Assembly: GCA_964201665.1 (NCBI GenBank)
Contig: CAXNEW010000005.1
Span: forward strand, 1 to 63,038
DNA length: 63,038 bases
Source of the DNA: Bdellovibrionota bacterium
GTDB taxonomy: Bacteria > Bdellovibrionota > UBA2428
Reading direction: 5' to 3'
Shown: positions 27,214 through 37,323 of the stretch, piece after piece
How positions within the stretch are numbered: the stretch's first letter is position 1
Layout of the letters: the number at the start of each line of letters is the position of its first letter
Notes under the pieces: model-generated
The model's input: only the letters and a program-made list of their open reading frames with translations
Database searches by the model: none
What the model was told of the DNA's origin: nothing
Translations under genes and position numbers: made by a program

Positions 27214-28992
27214 TTATTTCCTCTGCTTTGGGAACAAAAAAAGTGGATTTTTGTTTCATTCTTTTTCGCCTTGGGTGTCGCTCTGGTTCAGATTCAAACG
27301 TCGGTTCTTGTAAAAAACCTCATGGATCGGGCCATTATTCCCAAAAACTTTAATTTAACACTCGATCTTTGCGGACTTTTAATCCTTTGGGTTTTCTTAG
27401 AGGGTCTTTTTGATTTCTTTCACAAATATTCGCTGCGTCTGGGCGCCGAGAGACTTGTTAGAGATCTGCGCAATCGGGTCTTTAATAAATACCTGATTTT
27501 TTCGCGGGCTATTTCGTACAAATACACGTCAGGCAAAGCTGTAACTAATATCAGTTTAGACATCGCCTCTGTCTCGCTCGCCCTGGTGTACAGCACGAAT
27601 CTTTTGCGTGAACCTCTGATACTTTTGGGCCTGTTTGGTTATTTGTTTTATCTCAACGTTCAGCTCACTTTAGTTTGCCTTTTGGCTGTGCCACTCTTAC
27701 TTTCGGTTGGATTTTTTCTCGGAAAAAGCGCCCGCCGAAACCAGGCCAAAATCCAAACCCGCCAAGAAGCTGTAATGGCACTAACTATCGAGTCCGTTCA
27801 GGGACTTGAAACGGCACAAACACTGGGCCGCCCCCTTTTGCTGGCTCAGCGTTTTTCAGAAAAAACTCAGGAAGTTTATCAGGTTTTTTTACGACTTATT
27901 CGGTCGGAAGAATTAAACAGTCCGCTTTCAAAATGGGTCGCTAGTTTTTTTGGTGCCGGACTCATTGGTTACGCCGGATTTTTGGTTTCCAAAGACATGA
28001 TGACTGCCGGTGAACTTACCGCTTTTATTGTTACGGCCGGAAGAATTCAGCAGCCCCTACGATTGCTCAATGATGTGAACGTAAAATTTCAACAGGCCTC
28101 GGCGGCTGCTGAACGACTCAGATCTACCCTTGATGAAAATTTGGATGCCGTGAGCGCGGCTCAGCAAGAAGAATTTTCAAAAAACGCCAAACCCGCTCCG
28201 TCGCCGGCGCCCGAAAAATCTGTCGAAATTGAATTTAAAAATGTATCTTTTCAGTATCCTCGTTTTGCCGCTGATTCCAATCCGCGTGCGCCCCACTGGG
28301 CCTTAAACAATGTTTCCCTACAAATTCGCCCGGGACAGAAATGGGCCCTTGTGGGACGAAGTGGAGCTGGGAAAAGTACCTTTGTGCGACTTGTTTTAAG
28401 GTTGATGGATCCCACTGCGGGATCTCTCCTTTTAAACAAAAAAGATATTCGTCATATGCGTTTGGGTGAATATCGAAATTTTTTCACTTATGTGCCGCAA
28501 GAAAGTTTTTTGCTGAGCCAAAATGTGAGAGCTAATTTTGAATTTGTTAAAGAGCCTCAAAACGACCAAGAAATTTGGGATGCGCTTGAAAAAGCCCACG
28601 CCGCAAATTTTGTAAAGGCCTTTCCTAAGGGTCTTGATCAGCCCTTAGGCGAAAATGCGAACCTGCTTTCGGGGGGCGAAAAACAACGGCTATCTCTTGC
28701 ACGTGCTTTTTTCAAAAATTCTCCGGTGATTGTGTTGGACGAAGCCACTTCAAATCTTGATGCCCATAGCGAAGCCCTTATAAAACAAAGTTTAGACTCA
28801 TTGCTAAAAAACAGGACGGCTTTGATTATCGCTCACAAACTCACAACAGTTAAACAGGTTGATCGGGTCGCCGTTTTTGACGGCGGTCAAATTGTTGAAA
28901 CCGGTTCACCCGAGGAACTCCTAAAAAATCCGGCGGGATCCTTTTCTCAACTCTGGATGGCTCAGGGGAATGGGCATCAGCTACCCGTTTAA
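27190..28992 (+). CDS. ABC exporter, fused permease/ATPase (MsbA-like lipid A flippase)
   Basis: Six-TM ABC_membrane domain followed by Walker A GRSGAGKST, signature LSGGEKQR and Walker B VIVLDEATS. Lies in lipid A/LPS context. Confidence 0.8.
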   Translation: MNTPIRRHLFPLLWEQKKWIFVSFFFALGVALVQIQTSVLVKNLMDRAIIPKNFNLTLDLCGLLILWVFLEGLFDFFHKYSLRLGAERLVRDLRNRVFNKYLIFSRAISYKYTSGKAVTNISLDIASVSLALVYSTNLLREPLILLGLFGYLFYLNVQLTLVCLLAVPLLLSVGFFLGKSARRNQAKIQTRQEAVMALTIESVQGLETAQTLGRPLLLAQRFSEKTQEVYQVFLRLIRSEELNSPLSKWVASFFGAGLIGYAGFLVSKDMMTAGELTAFIVTAGRIQQPLRLLNDVNVKFQQASAAAERLRSTLDENLDAVSAAQQEEFSKNAKPAPSPAPEKSVEIEFKNVSFQYPRFAADSNPRAPHWALNNVSLQIRPGQKWALVGRSGAGKSTFVRLVLRLMDPTAGSLLLNKKDIRHMRLGEYRNFFTYVPQESFLLSQNVRANFEFVKEPQNDQEIWDALEKAHAANFVKAFPKGLDQPLGENANLLSGGEKQRLSLARAFFKNSPVIVLDEATSNLDAHSEALIKQSLDSLLKNRTALIIAHKLTTVKQVDRVAVFDGGQIVETGSPEELLKNPAGSFSQLWMAQGNGHQLPV

Positions 28993-28995
28993 AAA

Positions 28996-29823
28996 ATGCC
29001 AACACGAAGTTTAGAAACTCCAACCGATGCCAAACGAATTTTAGTTGTTTCGGATTTGCACATCACAAAGTCGGACAGTCCACTTTATCGAAATTTTATT
29101 GATTTCTTAAAGAAAGAGTTTCAAAACCACAAAAAGGCAGGCGCTGATCATGAGCTTTGGTTACTTGGGGATATCTTTGACTTTATGGTGGGGCCCTTCG
29201 ACTTTTGGCTCAAAATTTATTCAGAATTTTTTATTGAGCTCACTCGCCTTTTAAATTCAGGAGTGCGCATTCTTTGGATACAAGGCAATCACGATTTTTT
29301 TATTGAGGGACTTGAAAACAAATTGCCAAAGGGAATTTTTATTCGCGATGATTTTATGAATATTGAGATTGTCGGTTTTGGTAGGTGCTTTTTGGCTCAT
29401 GGCGATTTAGTGGATTTAAAGGATCGCAAATACCAACGGTGGCGGGCTATAACTCGAAAACCTTTGTTGCGAGCGGCACTGAGCTGTCTGCCCCAATGGC
29501 TCGTTTTGAAATATTTTTTGCCTTTTGGGCAAAACTTAAGCCAAAAAAGTCGCAAAAAAAGCCAAAATTGGGAGTCCAACTCTCAGTTTATTGCTGGCAA
29601 CAAAGAACTCTTTAGGGAATTTAGTCGTGAAAAGTGGAGCGCTGGCTTTAGAGGAGTTTTTCTGGGGCACAACCACATTTCGGACCAATACACAGAGAGA
29701 AACCATTTTCTACTAAATTGCGGTAGCTCTTTTGAGTTTCGGGATGGCAGGTTTAGTTTTTTTGATTGGAACCTTGAAACCGGAGAACTACCGCGTCGCG
29801 TTATCTGGCGCCCTTCCCCTTAA
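28996..29823 (+). CDS. lpxH: UDP-2,3-diacylglucosamine diphosphatase (LpxH-like metallophosphoesterase)
   Basis: Calcineurin-like motifs VVSDLH, LLGDIFDF, GNHDF and HGD, in LpxH-like order and spacing. Confidence 0.75.
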   Translation: MPTRSLETPTDAKRILVVSDLHITKSDSPLYRNFIDFLKKEFQNHKKAGADHELWLLGDIFDFMVGPFDFWLKIYSEFFIELTRLLNSGVRILWIQGNHDFFIEGLENKLPKGIFIRDDFMNIEIVGFGRCFLAHGDLVDLKDRKYQRWRAITRKPLLRAALSCLPQWLVLKYFLPFGQNLSQKSRKKSQNWESNSQFIAGNKELFREFSREKWSAGFRGVFLGHNHISDQYTERNHFLLNCGSSFEFRDGRFSFFDWNLETGELPRRVIWRPSP

Positions 29824-29868
29824 TATTGTCCTTCCCAAATTTTGGAAACTACTGAAAAATAAAGGGAT

Positions 29869-30621
29869 ATGAGCTCAGCAACACAGACCTCACCCGGACA
29901 TCATGGATATCGCCAAAAACCTAAATGGATTTACTTTGCCTCTATTGTGCTGATGCTCACTCCGTTTGGAAATTTGCTGTGGTCTTTGGCCTCGCTCAAT
30001 GTTCAAGATTGGTACATGCCTTCGGCTTGGGCCCATTGGGTTAAGTTTGTTTCACCAACTACATGGTTTCTATTGGCAATGATTTTTTCTAGTGGAATTT
30101 TGCTCCTTGTTGTACGCAAATGGACTTGGACCCTGAGCCTTGCTTGTTTGGGTGTCATCGTTGTTTATGACATCGTAATGATTGCAAGCAATCAGTTTGA
30201 ACTGATGGGCAATTTTCCTCTCATACTCATGCTTCTGGCCACGCTTTCGTTTGGACTTGGTCTTTACCTAACTGAATTTCGTAAACCCTACCTTTACCCT
30301 CGCATGCGATGGTGGGAAACCAGTCCCCGTTTTCGCGTTGATCTGCCCATTGGAATATCTTCGGCTGAACACTCGGGCAATCTTGTAGATATTTCACGTT
30401 CTGGTCTTTTGGTTGAATGGGATGATCCCAAAAAAACCCCCAGCCTCGAGGGTGAACTTGTTGCTACCCTACCTACTCAAGTAAAAATTCCGGTAGTTGT
30501 CGCAAGGCAAACCGCCCGAGGCTACGGACTTCAATATGGCGAGCTTTCGACAGATCACAAAAAAGACATCCGATTCTTTCTTGATACCTTGTCAGACGAC
30601 CCCACAAAGCTTTTGCGCTAA
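29869..30621 (+). CDS. membrane protein with C-terminal PilZ-like domain
   Basis: Four hydrophobic segments, then RMRWWETSPRFRV ... DISRSG (DxSxxG). Confidence 0.65.
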   Translation: MSSATQTSPGHHGYRQKPKWIYFASIVLMLTPFGNLLWSLASLNVQDWYMPSAWAHWVKFVSPTTWFLLAMIFSSGILLLVVRKWTWTLSLACLGVIVVYDIVMIASNQFELMGNFPLILMLLATLSFGLGLYLTEFRKPYLYPRMRWWETSPRFRVDLPIGISSAEHSGNLVDISRSGLLVEWDDPKKTPSLEGELVATLPTQVKIPVVVARQTARGYGLQYGELSTDHKKDIRFFLDTLSDDPTKLLR

Positions 30622-30683
30622 AAAAATTTAAAACCTTCGAATCAATTCAAACACTTAGCCTAAGTTTTTTTTGACTCATTGCG

Positions 30684-30712
30684 TTGACACTAGACTCTAA
30701 ACGCTGTACGCT
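30684..30712 (+). promoter_or_regulatory. predicted sigma70 promoter upstream of the 30856 gene
   Basis: TTGACA (30684-30689), a 17-nt spacer and TACGCT (30707-30712). This would give a ~135-nt leader. Confidence 0.35.
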
Positions 30713-30855
30713 CTCGCCCCTAAATGGTTGGACTCAAGCTTTTTAATTACACACCCAAATCAGATCCGGCGAACAAGTTCGAACCTGCCAGATTCATCTG
30801 CAAAAAACATTAGGAAATTAAATTTTAAAAATTTTTAAAATCAAAGGAAAACAAA

Positions 30856-32433
30856 GTGCCAAATATTTTTAAAGCTCGAAAATTCATTACTCTCAAATTC
30901 CTACTTTTGTTTTCGTTTGGAGCCTCCGCAGGAGAGCCACTTTTGGGTCCCCAAACACTCAGCTTGGATTCGTCGTGCGCAAACCTTTTAACGAGAACTC
31001 TACAGGCTACCCAAATAGAATTTGCCCGCAACTTTCTTAGGTATCCACCCGATGATATCCAAACAGGACTTTTTGCTGCCTTGATGGCCTACTTTCCGAG
31101 GTCGACAGTGCTTTTTTCAGAGCCTCTCAGTGGTTCAGATACTGTCAACAAAAACTCCATTTCGTGGTTTTTAAGGCGAGAGGGACACCGCGAGGCCGAC
31201 CGAACTTTCACTAGTATTTTACTTCTCCAGAAAATTCTACGGGGTATGAATCCCCAGGAATTCAAAACCCCAATTGCCCCACTCAATCCGACTGAAGCCG
31301 AAATATTAAAAATTCGGCAACTCGTTTTTGAGTTTCTCACGGGTGATTCACAAATTATTTTTGATGGGAATGAATTTGAAAAAGTGAAACTCGAAAGGCT
31401 TCATGCCCTAATTGTTCGTCTCATTTTTCATGACCAAGGAAAATTCGAAACTGTACTTAGAGAATTGAGGATTCGAATTTCGGAAGGCGGAGAGGACCCG
31501 AATCTAGTTCTGAGCGCAGACCACGACCTAGCCACCAAACTAATGATGGACCGATTTAGAATGGAAATGGGAGATTTAAATACAGTTTTTCCAGAACCCG
31601 ATGCCTGGATGAAAAAAAGTCAGATCGGTGCACTCAACCCTGGAAGAGTTTTTCAGTTCGAGGCCCCTGCCGCCCACCTAGCGCCCTTGCAGAATCTCGA
31701 TCATGAGACTTTTCTGTTTTGGTTGGTCAAAGAAATTTTTGATGTTGGAGGAGTCAAGGGCTCAGAACATCCCAGCGGATCTTTTTGGATTAAGCCTGTA
31801 ATTAACAACTATTTTCAGCTTTTAGAAGCCTATCGTTTGGGTCAAATTGGAAAATCATCAACTGAAATAACTAAATACTATCGAAGTTTGCTGCAAAAGG
31901 CAGGGCAGGAACTTGGCATTGTCGGCCAAACAAGTGAGGATTTAGCAATTATAAAACTTGCTCGTCTCTTTAGGCTTAATCAATTTCCCGAAATCGGACG
32001 TAATCGACGAATTCAAATTTTAAAAAATTTGTTTTTAAATCTTGATTCCAAGGACCGCGCTAAATTGATCGAAGAGCTCAATTTGAATGGAGTCGATGAC
32101 GGGTGGGCTTTTACTTTTGGATACCTTCCCCAGGTATCAGAGAATATTCAAACGAGTCTAGGCGTCTGGGTAAAAACTGCTGAAGAATCAGCCACTGACG
32201 TTTCGATTGCCAATGCTCTCGATGTTTCGATAAAAATACTTCTAAAAATAGTAAATCTCGCCCGTCCGAATGTTAGCAACGATTTGTTACAAAAAAATGG
32301 CGAATACACCTTGGAGATGCCCGGTATCGCCGATTTTATTAAAAAGAATGGGACCGCAGGCCTTTTAGAAACGCCATTGAATTTTAAACCAGCTGGACTT
32401 AATAGCGCAACAATTACACTAGGTACGAAATAA
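30856..32433 (+). CDS. secreted protein of unknown function (P1), with His/Asp motif set; paralog of the N-terminal half of P2
   Basis: GTG start. Signal peptide FLLLFSFGASAGEP. Motifs IFHDQGK, SADHD and EIFDVGGVKGSEH. It aligns by eye with P2 at several blocks (see findings). Confidence 0.7.
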   Translation: MPNIFKARKFITLKFLLLFSFGASAGEPLLGPQTLSLDSSCANLLTRTLQATQIEFARNFLRYPPDDIQTGLFAALMAYFPRSTVLFSEPLSGSDTVNKNSISWFLRREGHREADRTFTSILLLQKILRGMNPQEFKTPIAPLNPTEAEILKIRQLVFEFLTGDSQIIFDGNEFEKVKLERLHALIVRLIFHDQGKFETVLRELRIRISEGGEDPNLVLSADHDLATKLMMDRFRMEMGDLNTVFPEPDAWMKKSQIGALNPGRVFQFEAPAAHLAPLQNLDHETFLFWLVKEIFDVGGVKGSEHPSGSFWIKPVINNYFQLLEAYRLGQIGKSSTEITKYYRSLLQKAGQELGIVGQTSEDLAIIKLARLFRLNQFPEIGRNRRIQILKNLFLNLDSKDRAKLIEELNLNGVDDGWAFTFGYLPQVSENIQTSLGVWVKTAEESATDVSIANALDVSIKILLKIVNLARPNVSNDLLQKNGEYTLEMPGIADFIKKNGTAGLLETPLNFKPAGLNSATITLGTK

Positions 32434-34784
32434 TGTTTCCAATAAATTTTAAAAATCTAACTTTAATTTTGTCAGTTATCTTTTGCAGTGGGACCCGCGC
32501 GAGCACACCAGAATGTTTTTGGGATTTGAAAATTGCAATTGGAGCCTCAATGAATGAGCTTCTGGCTGATTTCGGTAGCGGAACAGTTAGTGATTCAGAA
32601 ATGATTCGAAGACTGGTTATATTGTACCCCGATCTTCTGAAATTAACCGGTAGTGTGAATGCAACACCCGAGACAGCAGGCCTGGCTACAATAAATTCTG
32701 CCCAGTCACCCTCGAAACAACTTTTCGGGACTGTCCATACTGAATTCGATCGGACGATGGTTGGAATTCTCGCAATGAAGTGGACACTCGAAGGCAACTA
32801 CAATCAGATTTCGAAAATTCAGAAACCTGAAATTCGGCTAACTCAAAAAAGCTTCTCAGCCATGCGAGAATTGGCTCAAAAGAATTTGAGTGGCCCCGGA
32901 GATCTGAATGCCATGATCACCTACATGGTTATCAATGACTTAGGTAAAGTGAAATCCGTTGTCGCTGATTTGAAACAAAAATTTAACATTGAAGATCCAG
33001 ATCATGATGTCATTTTATGGAAAGCCTTGGTCAATGACCCAAGTATTTCGACGGCTTTTTTAAAGTTACCTGCCGATTCGCAGAAAAAAATTCTTGCTGG
33101 GTTGGAATCCCGTTTTAGCCTGCCGCAGTTTATTCAAGGGGAAAATGTTGCTGGAAGTCTGCCTCCCCTGGCCAAATTGAATGAGACCGATTTTTACTTT
33201 CACCTACTACATGCAGTTTTTGATCTAGCCGGAGCCGCTGGACACGTAAACCCTGACGGGTCTGTAGTGATGACCGAAGTTACCTATGCCGGAGTAGAAT
33301 CGGCCTTGGAAAAACTAAATTTACTAAGACAAGGGGTTGCGCCGGCAGAAGTTTATACCTCGTTCATGAAAGCCAGGGCTCAAAAATTAGAGATTGATAC
33401 CACGGCAAATGATTGGCTCATTTCTACCCGATTAAGTCTTTTGTTTAGGGCCACGGGTCCAACCGAAGTTAAGTTAGTCAAAGAAGTTTTTGCATCGTTG
33501 CCTGTGAATGCTCGAGCCATTATCGAGAAAGAGCTTTCTGCCTATGGAATTGACGATGGATTTTCTGTGCTTGTTTATTATGCTCCGGCACTGATCGCCA
33601 ATCTTCGTGGTGCTTTCAAACAAGCGAATATTGCTAACTCCGACAAGGAAGCCCTTGAACTCGGCCTCATTACACTTGCAAGAATTTTTCAAGAATCCCG
33701 CGTCTACTTGAAAAAGCGCTCGGGCAGTGGAGTGTTTACGGTTAATATTGAGTCGATAGCTGCGGCGGCTGGGAAGGATTTTTCACAACTTCGCACTAAG
33801 AATATTAAACTCAAGGCCGTTGGCCTTGGGTCTTCTGCCGAGTTAGTCGAAAAGACCGCCATTGATGCCGCGATTTTTCCAAAATTGGCTGATTTAAGAA
33901 ATTTGCCTGGTAAACGGATTGCAGTTGTTGGGATTGGCGGTGGTTCGGATGGGATTCAGGCCGCAATGCTTGGAAAACTTTTTGAGGCGCAAGGAAAAGA
34001 CGTCGCTTGTGTGGTTTCAGTTCGGACCTCGACCACAGGATCACAGGGGGGAAAAACTGCCATTGGATCTGCACGTACAGTCCAAAATCATGGCGGATTT
34101 GTGAATGGCGACACGGGCGTTGTAAGAATTAAATCGGACTCCACAGGTGAGGGCCGTTTTGTTGAAAACATTCCCGCTGAAGAAAAGAAAGTATTTTTAG
34201 TATTAGACCCCGACGAAACTAGCGACCCAATTTTGCGCCGCCAGACTATTATGAGCCGAATTCAAAGTGCCTTGGCTGAATCGGGTGGAGTGGACGCTAT
34301 TTATGCAGTTGATACGGGCGGGGATGCCCTTTACTCAGCTAGCACGGGTTTGGATGGAGCAAAGGCTACGCCTGATCAAGATCTCAGAGTTCTAGCCGCA
34401 CTCCACGGCCTAAGCTCCAAATACCAAGTGATGTCTGTTGAAATTGCGGCTGGTGTCGACTCACCCAAAAATGCTGAGACAGTTTTAACGGCGGCTAAGG
34501 CCCAATATTATGAGCCCACCACCACCGAATCTGCAGGAATTTTAGACCAATACATCGCCTGGCGAATGGATGGCACAGATGAAGAACGCTATGGCAAAAC
34601 CCCACTCGCGTGGCAGGCCGCTCTCCGCGGACAATTTGGGATGCAAGTTTTGCCACTTCCCACCCGGATAGTTATCGATCCCAAGAATCCATGGATTACG
34701 ATCTTTAGGATTGATCCGTCGATGAGAGGGATTTTCTTTATGAATATCGAAGATCACCTTAAAGCCATTGGTTTTCAGCCCTAA
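32433..34784 (+). CDS. secreted two-domain protein of unknown function (P2): P1-like N-terminal domain plus DUF1152-like C-terminal domain
   Basis: Its ATG overlaps the P1 stop (TAATG). Signal peptide LTLILSVIFCSGTRA. The N-terminal domain has INDLGK, DPDHD and AVFDLAGAAGH. The C-terminal ~305 aa has VVGIGGGSDG and AVDTGGDALY. Confidence 0.7.
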   Translation: MFPINFKNLTLILSVIFCSGTRASTPECFWDLKIAIGASMNELLADFGSGTVSDSEMIRRLVILYPDLLKLTGSVNATPETAGLATINSAQSPSKQLFGTVHTEFDRTMVGILAMKWTLEGNYNQISKIQKPEIRLTQKSFSAMRELAQKNLSGPGDLNAMITYMVINDLGKVKSVVADLKQKFNIEDPDHDVILWKALVNDPSISTAFLKLPADSQKKILAGLESRFSLPQFIQGENVAGSLPPLAKLNETDFYFHLLHAVFDLAGAAGHVNPDGSVVMTEVTYAGVESALEKLNLLRQGVAPAEVYTSFMKARAQKLEIDTTANDWLISTRLSLLFRATGPTEVKLVKEVFASLPVNARAIIEKELSAYGIDDGFSVLVYYAPALIANLRGAFKQANIANSDKEALELGLITLARIFQESRVYLKKRSGSGVFTVNIESIAAAAGKDFSQLRTKNIKLKAVGLGSSAELVEKTAIDAAIFPKLADLRNLPGKRIAVVGIGGGSDGIQAAMLGKLFEAQGKDVACVVSVRTSTTGSQGGKTAIGSARTVQNHGGFVNGDTGVVRIKSDSTGEGRFVENIPAEEKKVFLVLDPDETSDPILRRQTIMSRIQSALAESGGVDAIYAVDTGGDALYSASTGLDGAKATPDQDLRVLAALHGLSSKYQVMSVEIAAGVDSPKNAETVLTAAKAQYYEPTTTESAGILDQYIAWRMDGTDEERYGKTPLAWQAALRGQFGMQVLPLPTRIVIDPKNPWITIFRIDPSMRGIFFMNIEDHLKAIGFQP

Positions 34785-34847
34785 GACTGGCCGTTTTTTT
34801 GGTCTAAACCGTTGAAATAAGTAGGCATTTTTGCCAAGGTTTACTTA

Positions 34848-34876
34848 TTGACACACTGCGTTACTTAAGTTAGAGT
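34848..34876 (+). promoter_or_regulatory. predicted sigma70 promoter upstream of the 34891 gene
   Basis: TTGACA (34848-34853), a 17-nt spacer and TAGAGT (34871-34876). The ATG at 34891 would be within ~10 nt of the predicted start site, with no SD. Confidence 0.4.
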
Positions 34877-34890
34877 GCCGGGTTCATAAA

Positions 34891-37320
34891 ATGAAAATCT
34901 TGAAGCTCGGCACTTTTTTTTTCTGTTTAATATTTTTCGGTAACTCGAATTTATTTGCGGCTTACCCGAATCGTCGAATCATTATTACTGACGTGATGGA
35001 TGATGATATCCGTGCGATTTTTCATCTACTTTCAGATTTTGAAAAGCGAAAAACTATTGAGGCCTTTGTTGTCACTACAGGAAATGTCTATTTAAAGGCG
35101 GCAATTTTGCGCGAAATAATTGCAACAACCGGTTACTCGGTTCCGGTTTTTGAAGGAACCCCTACCAATTTAAGGGATAACCCCGTTACTTTTTTTGCTG
35201 GAAATTTTGAACTCGAGGGTAAGCATGTTTTGGATCCCCAACTCCTCAAAGATTTAAAAAAACTTCGATGGAATAAGGGGACCGCCGCTGAAAAAATTAA
35301 GGAAATTATTGCTAGAGTTCACAAATCCAAAGAAAAACTCGATGTGATTCTTCTCACGGCCCCAATTGATTTGGTCGAGGCACTCAAAATCACCGACCCC
35401 AATCTTTCAAAAGAAACCTTTGGAGATTTATTTGCGATGGGACTTTACCGAAGAAACCCCAACGGCCCCTGGGGAATGCCCTTTAACTTTCAGGCCGGAT
35501 CTGAATCTGTGCAGGCGCTGTTTCAAAGCGTGGATGCCGGTTTCTTTGAAAGAGCCTTTCATGTTCCAACGGATACTGTTCAAGAGGGGGCTGGACTCCC
35601 TGGTGGTTATTTTCCTGAATCCATAATTGGGAGTGAATTGAAGGCGAGACTGGCGAAGGTGTTAGAAGGCGACCAACAACTCAGCAGTCATTTTAAAGCT
35701 GCCCAAGAATATGGACTCGCTTGGTGGTCCAGTGCCGGGCAACAATTTGGGTTGGGTTTAACAAACAATAGTCGATGGGTAGCTGGAACATTAAAGAATC
35801 CGGCCGAAGCAACTGGTTTTTATGTGGCTGACCACCTTCCAGTTGTTCTTTCGAATTTAACTGACATTGAATTGCAGAAACTTTCATTCAAGGCGGGGAC
35901 TCAAAGGCCCCTAAAAAATTCTGATGGCACCTGGGCCTTCCAATCTGTCGAACCTGACGCAATGTCAGGTGGTTTTGTCGATTTGGTTTCACGAGATGGA
36001 CTCGTTAAGGACCTTGAATTTATCGACGGTTTGGGAATTTTAAGAATACACTTAGAACAACTAGAAAAACTGGCAGAGGCCCGGGCTAAAAACCCGGCCA
36101 ATTTTTTTTCCGCCTTTGTTGCGACCCCAAATTTTAAGTTTTCGCTGAAAAATGAAGTTGAGCGAAAGTCCTCTGCTCGCTCAAACCCTTTGGCAAACCC
36201 TTTAAAACCACAAAAAGAGGGCCCGCTACTTTTGGTTTTCAAAAATTCTCCTGATGATTGGCTGGCATTGATTCATTTGGTCGCCGAACCAAATTCAAGA
36301 AAAGCCTTACAAGCCGGAGGAATTATTGTAGAGGGATTTGATACCCTTCTTCAGCAAAAATCAGTTTTAGAATTTCTGAAATCACTAGGAATTGAAAGTA
36401 TTCCTGTTGCCCAAGGTTTCGAATATTCCTTTGAGCAAATTAATAAATTTCCTAATTTTCAGGGAGAAATTGCACTCTCACAATTCAAACACTCCCACCG
36501 TGCGTTTCATAAATCTGACGAGGCCATTGACCCTAGCAAAATTTTAACGAGTCATTTATTGTTAGCAAAAATTTTCGCCGAGGCTCAAAAAACTAATAAA
36601 AAAATTGACACCGTTGTCCTTGGCGAGGGAATGGATGTGGTCAATTTTTTAAACAGTAATCAGGAGTTTGTTTCTTCTTTAGGAGAAGTCGCGATTATGG
36701 GCGGCGGGCGAAAGGGAAAACAAGTTGGGACTATAGATTTTACCCGCAACTGGCTTCTCAATCGGGGTGAAATTTTAAAATTCTGGCAAAAGGTAGCACC
36801 TTCAACTCAAGGAGTTTTTGTTTTTTCAACCAGCGAGTTCGGTGCCACACTCCTAGCGGAGAAAAATGGCGATTTAGGAAATGCCTCCGCGGCCATTAAA
36901 GGTTTAAAAGAAAACTCCGCAACTTTTCCAGCCCTAACTCAAGTCATTGATCACTGGGAAAATTGGTCTCGAGTCTTTGATTGGGTCATAAACGGTTCGA
37001 AAAAGGGCGAGGCTTTTCAACCTGAAAAGACATTCGATGTGGTTCGTGTTTCGTCGTTAGGAGTCCATATTGCCGACGCCTATATTTCTGGAGCTCTAAC
37101 TCACCGACGGCACGGTTGGGATTTTACTGAAGTGGACCCTTTAAAATTACTCAATGACTCGGCATTGACCCCTAAGGAGGGGTCCAGTTTTTACTGGATC
37201 ACAAATCAAACCCCCGGTGAAGTTGCAGAAGTTTCTGAGCGATTTGCCGACGCCCTAGGCCATTTTACTAAGTCCAAAAATTGCTACGAGAATTTAAAAA
37301 TCATTTTTTTAAGCAACTGA
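34891..37320 (+). CDS. secreted protein with two tandem nucleoside-hydrolase-like domains (P3)
   Basis: Signal peptide FFFCLIFFGNSNLFA. RRIIITDVMDDDIRAIFHLL...VVTTGNV...VPVFEG resembles the IU-nucleoside hydrolase / Sde182 NH-like N-terminal motif. A second, degenerate copy is LLLVFKNSPDDWLALIHL...IPVAQG. Confidence 0.7.
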   Translation: MKILKLGTFFFCLIFFGNSNLFAAYPNRRIIITDVMDDDIRAIFHLLSDFEKRKTIEAFVVTTGNVYLKAAILREIIATTGYSVPVFEGTPTNLRDNPVTFFAGNFELEGKHVLDPQLLKDLKKLRWNKGTAAEKIKEIIARVHKSKEKLDVILLTAPIDLVEALKITDPNLSKETFGDLFAMGLYRRNPNGPWGMPFNFQAGSESVQALFQSVDAGFFERAFHVPTDTVQEGAGLPGGYFPESIIGSELKARLAKVLEGDQQLSSHFKAAQEYGLAWWSSAGQQFGLGLTNNSRWVAGTLKNPAEATGFYVADHLPVVLSNLTDIELQKLSFKAGTQRPLKNSDGTWAFQSVEPDAMSGGFVDLVSRDGLVKDLEFIDGLGILRIHLEQLEKLAEARAKNPANFFSAFVATPNFKFSLKNEVERKSSARSNPLANPLKPQKEGPLLLVFKNSPDDWLALIHLVAEPNSRKALQAGGIIVEGFDTLLQQKSVLEFLKSLGIESIPVAQGFEYSFEQINKFPNFQGEIALSQFKHSHRAFHKSDEAIDPSKILTSHLLLAKIFAEAQKTNKKIDTVVLGEGMDVVNFLNSNQEFVSSLGEVAIMGGGRKGKQVGTIDFTRNWLLNRGEILKFWQKVAPSTQGVFVFSTSEFGATLLAEKNGDLGNASAAIKGLKENSATFPALTQVIDHWENWSRVFDWVINGSKKGEAFQPEKTFDVVRVSSLGVHIADAYISGALTHRRHGWDFTEVDPLKLLNDSALTPKEGSSFYWITNQTPGEVAEVSERFADALGHFTKSKNCYENLKIIFLSN

Positions 37321-37323
37321 TGT

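Noticed and set aside
30671-34876. Shared motif between the two predicted promoters (TTGACAC plus TGCGTT in both)
   Set aside because: The TGCGTT word lies on opposite sides of the -35 in the two promoters. With only two instances, this cannot be distinguished from chance.
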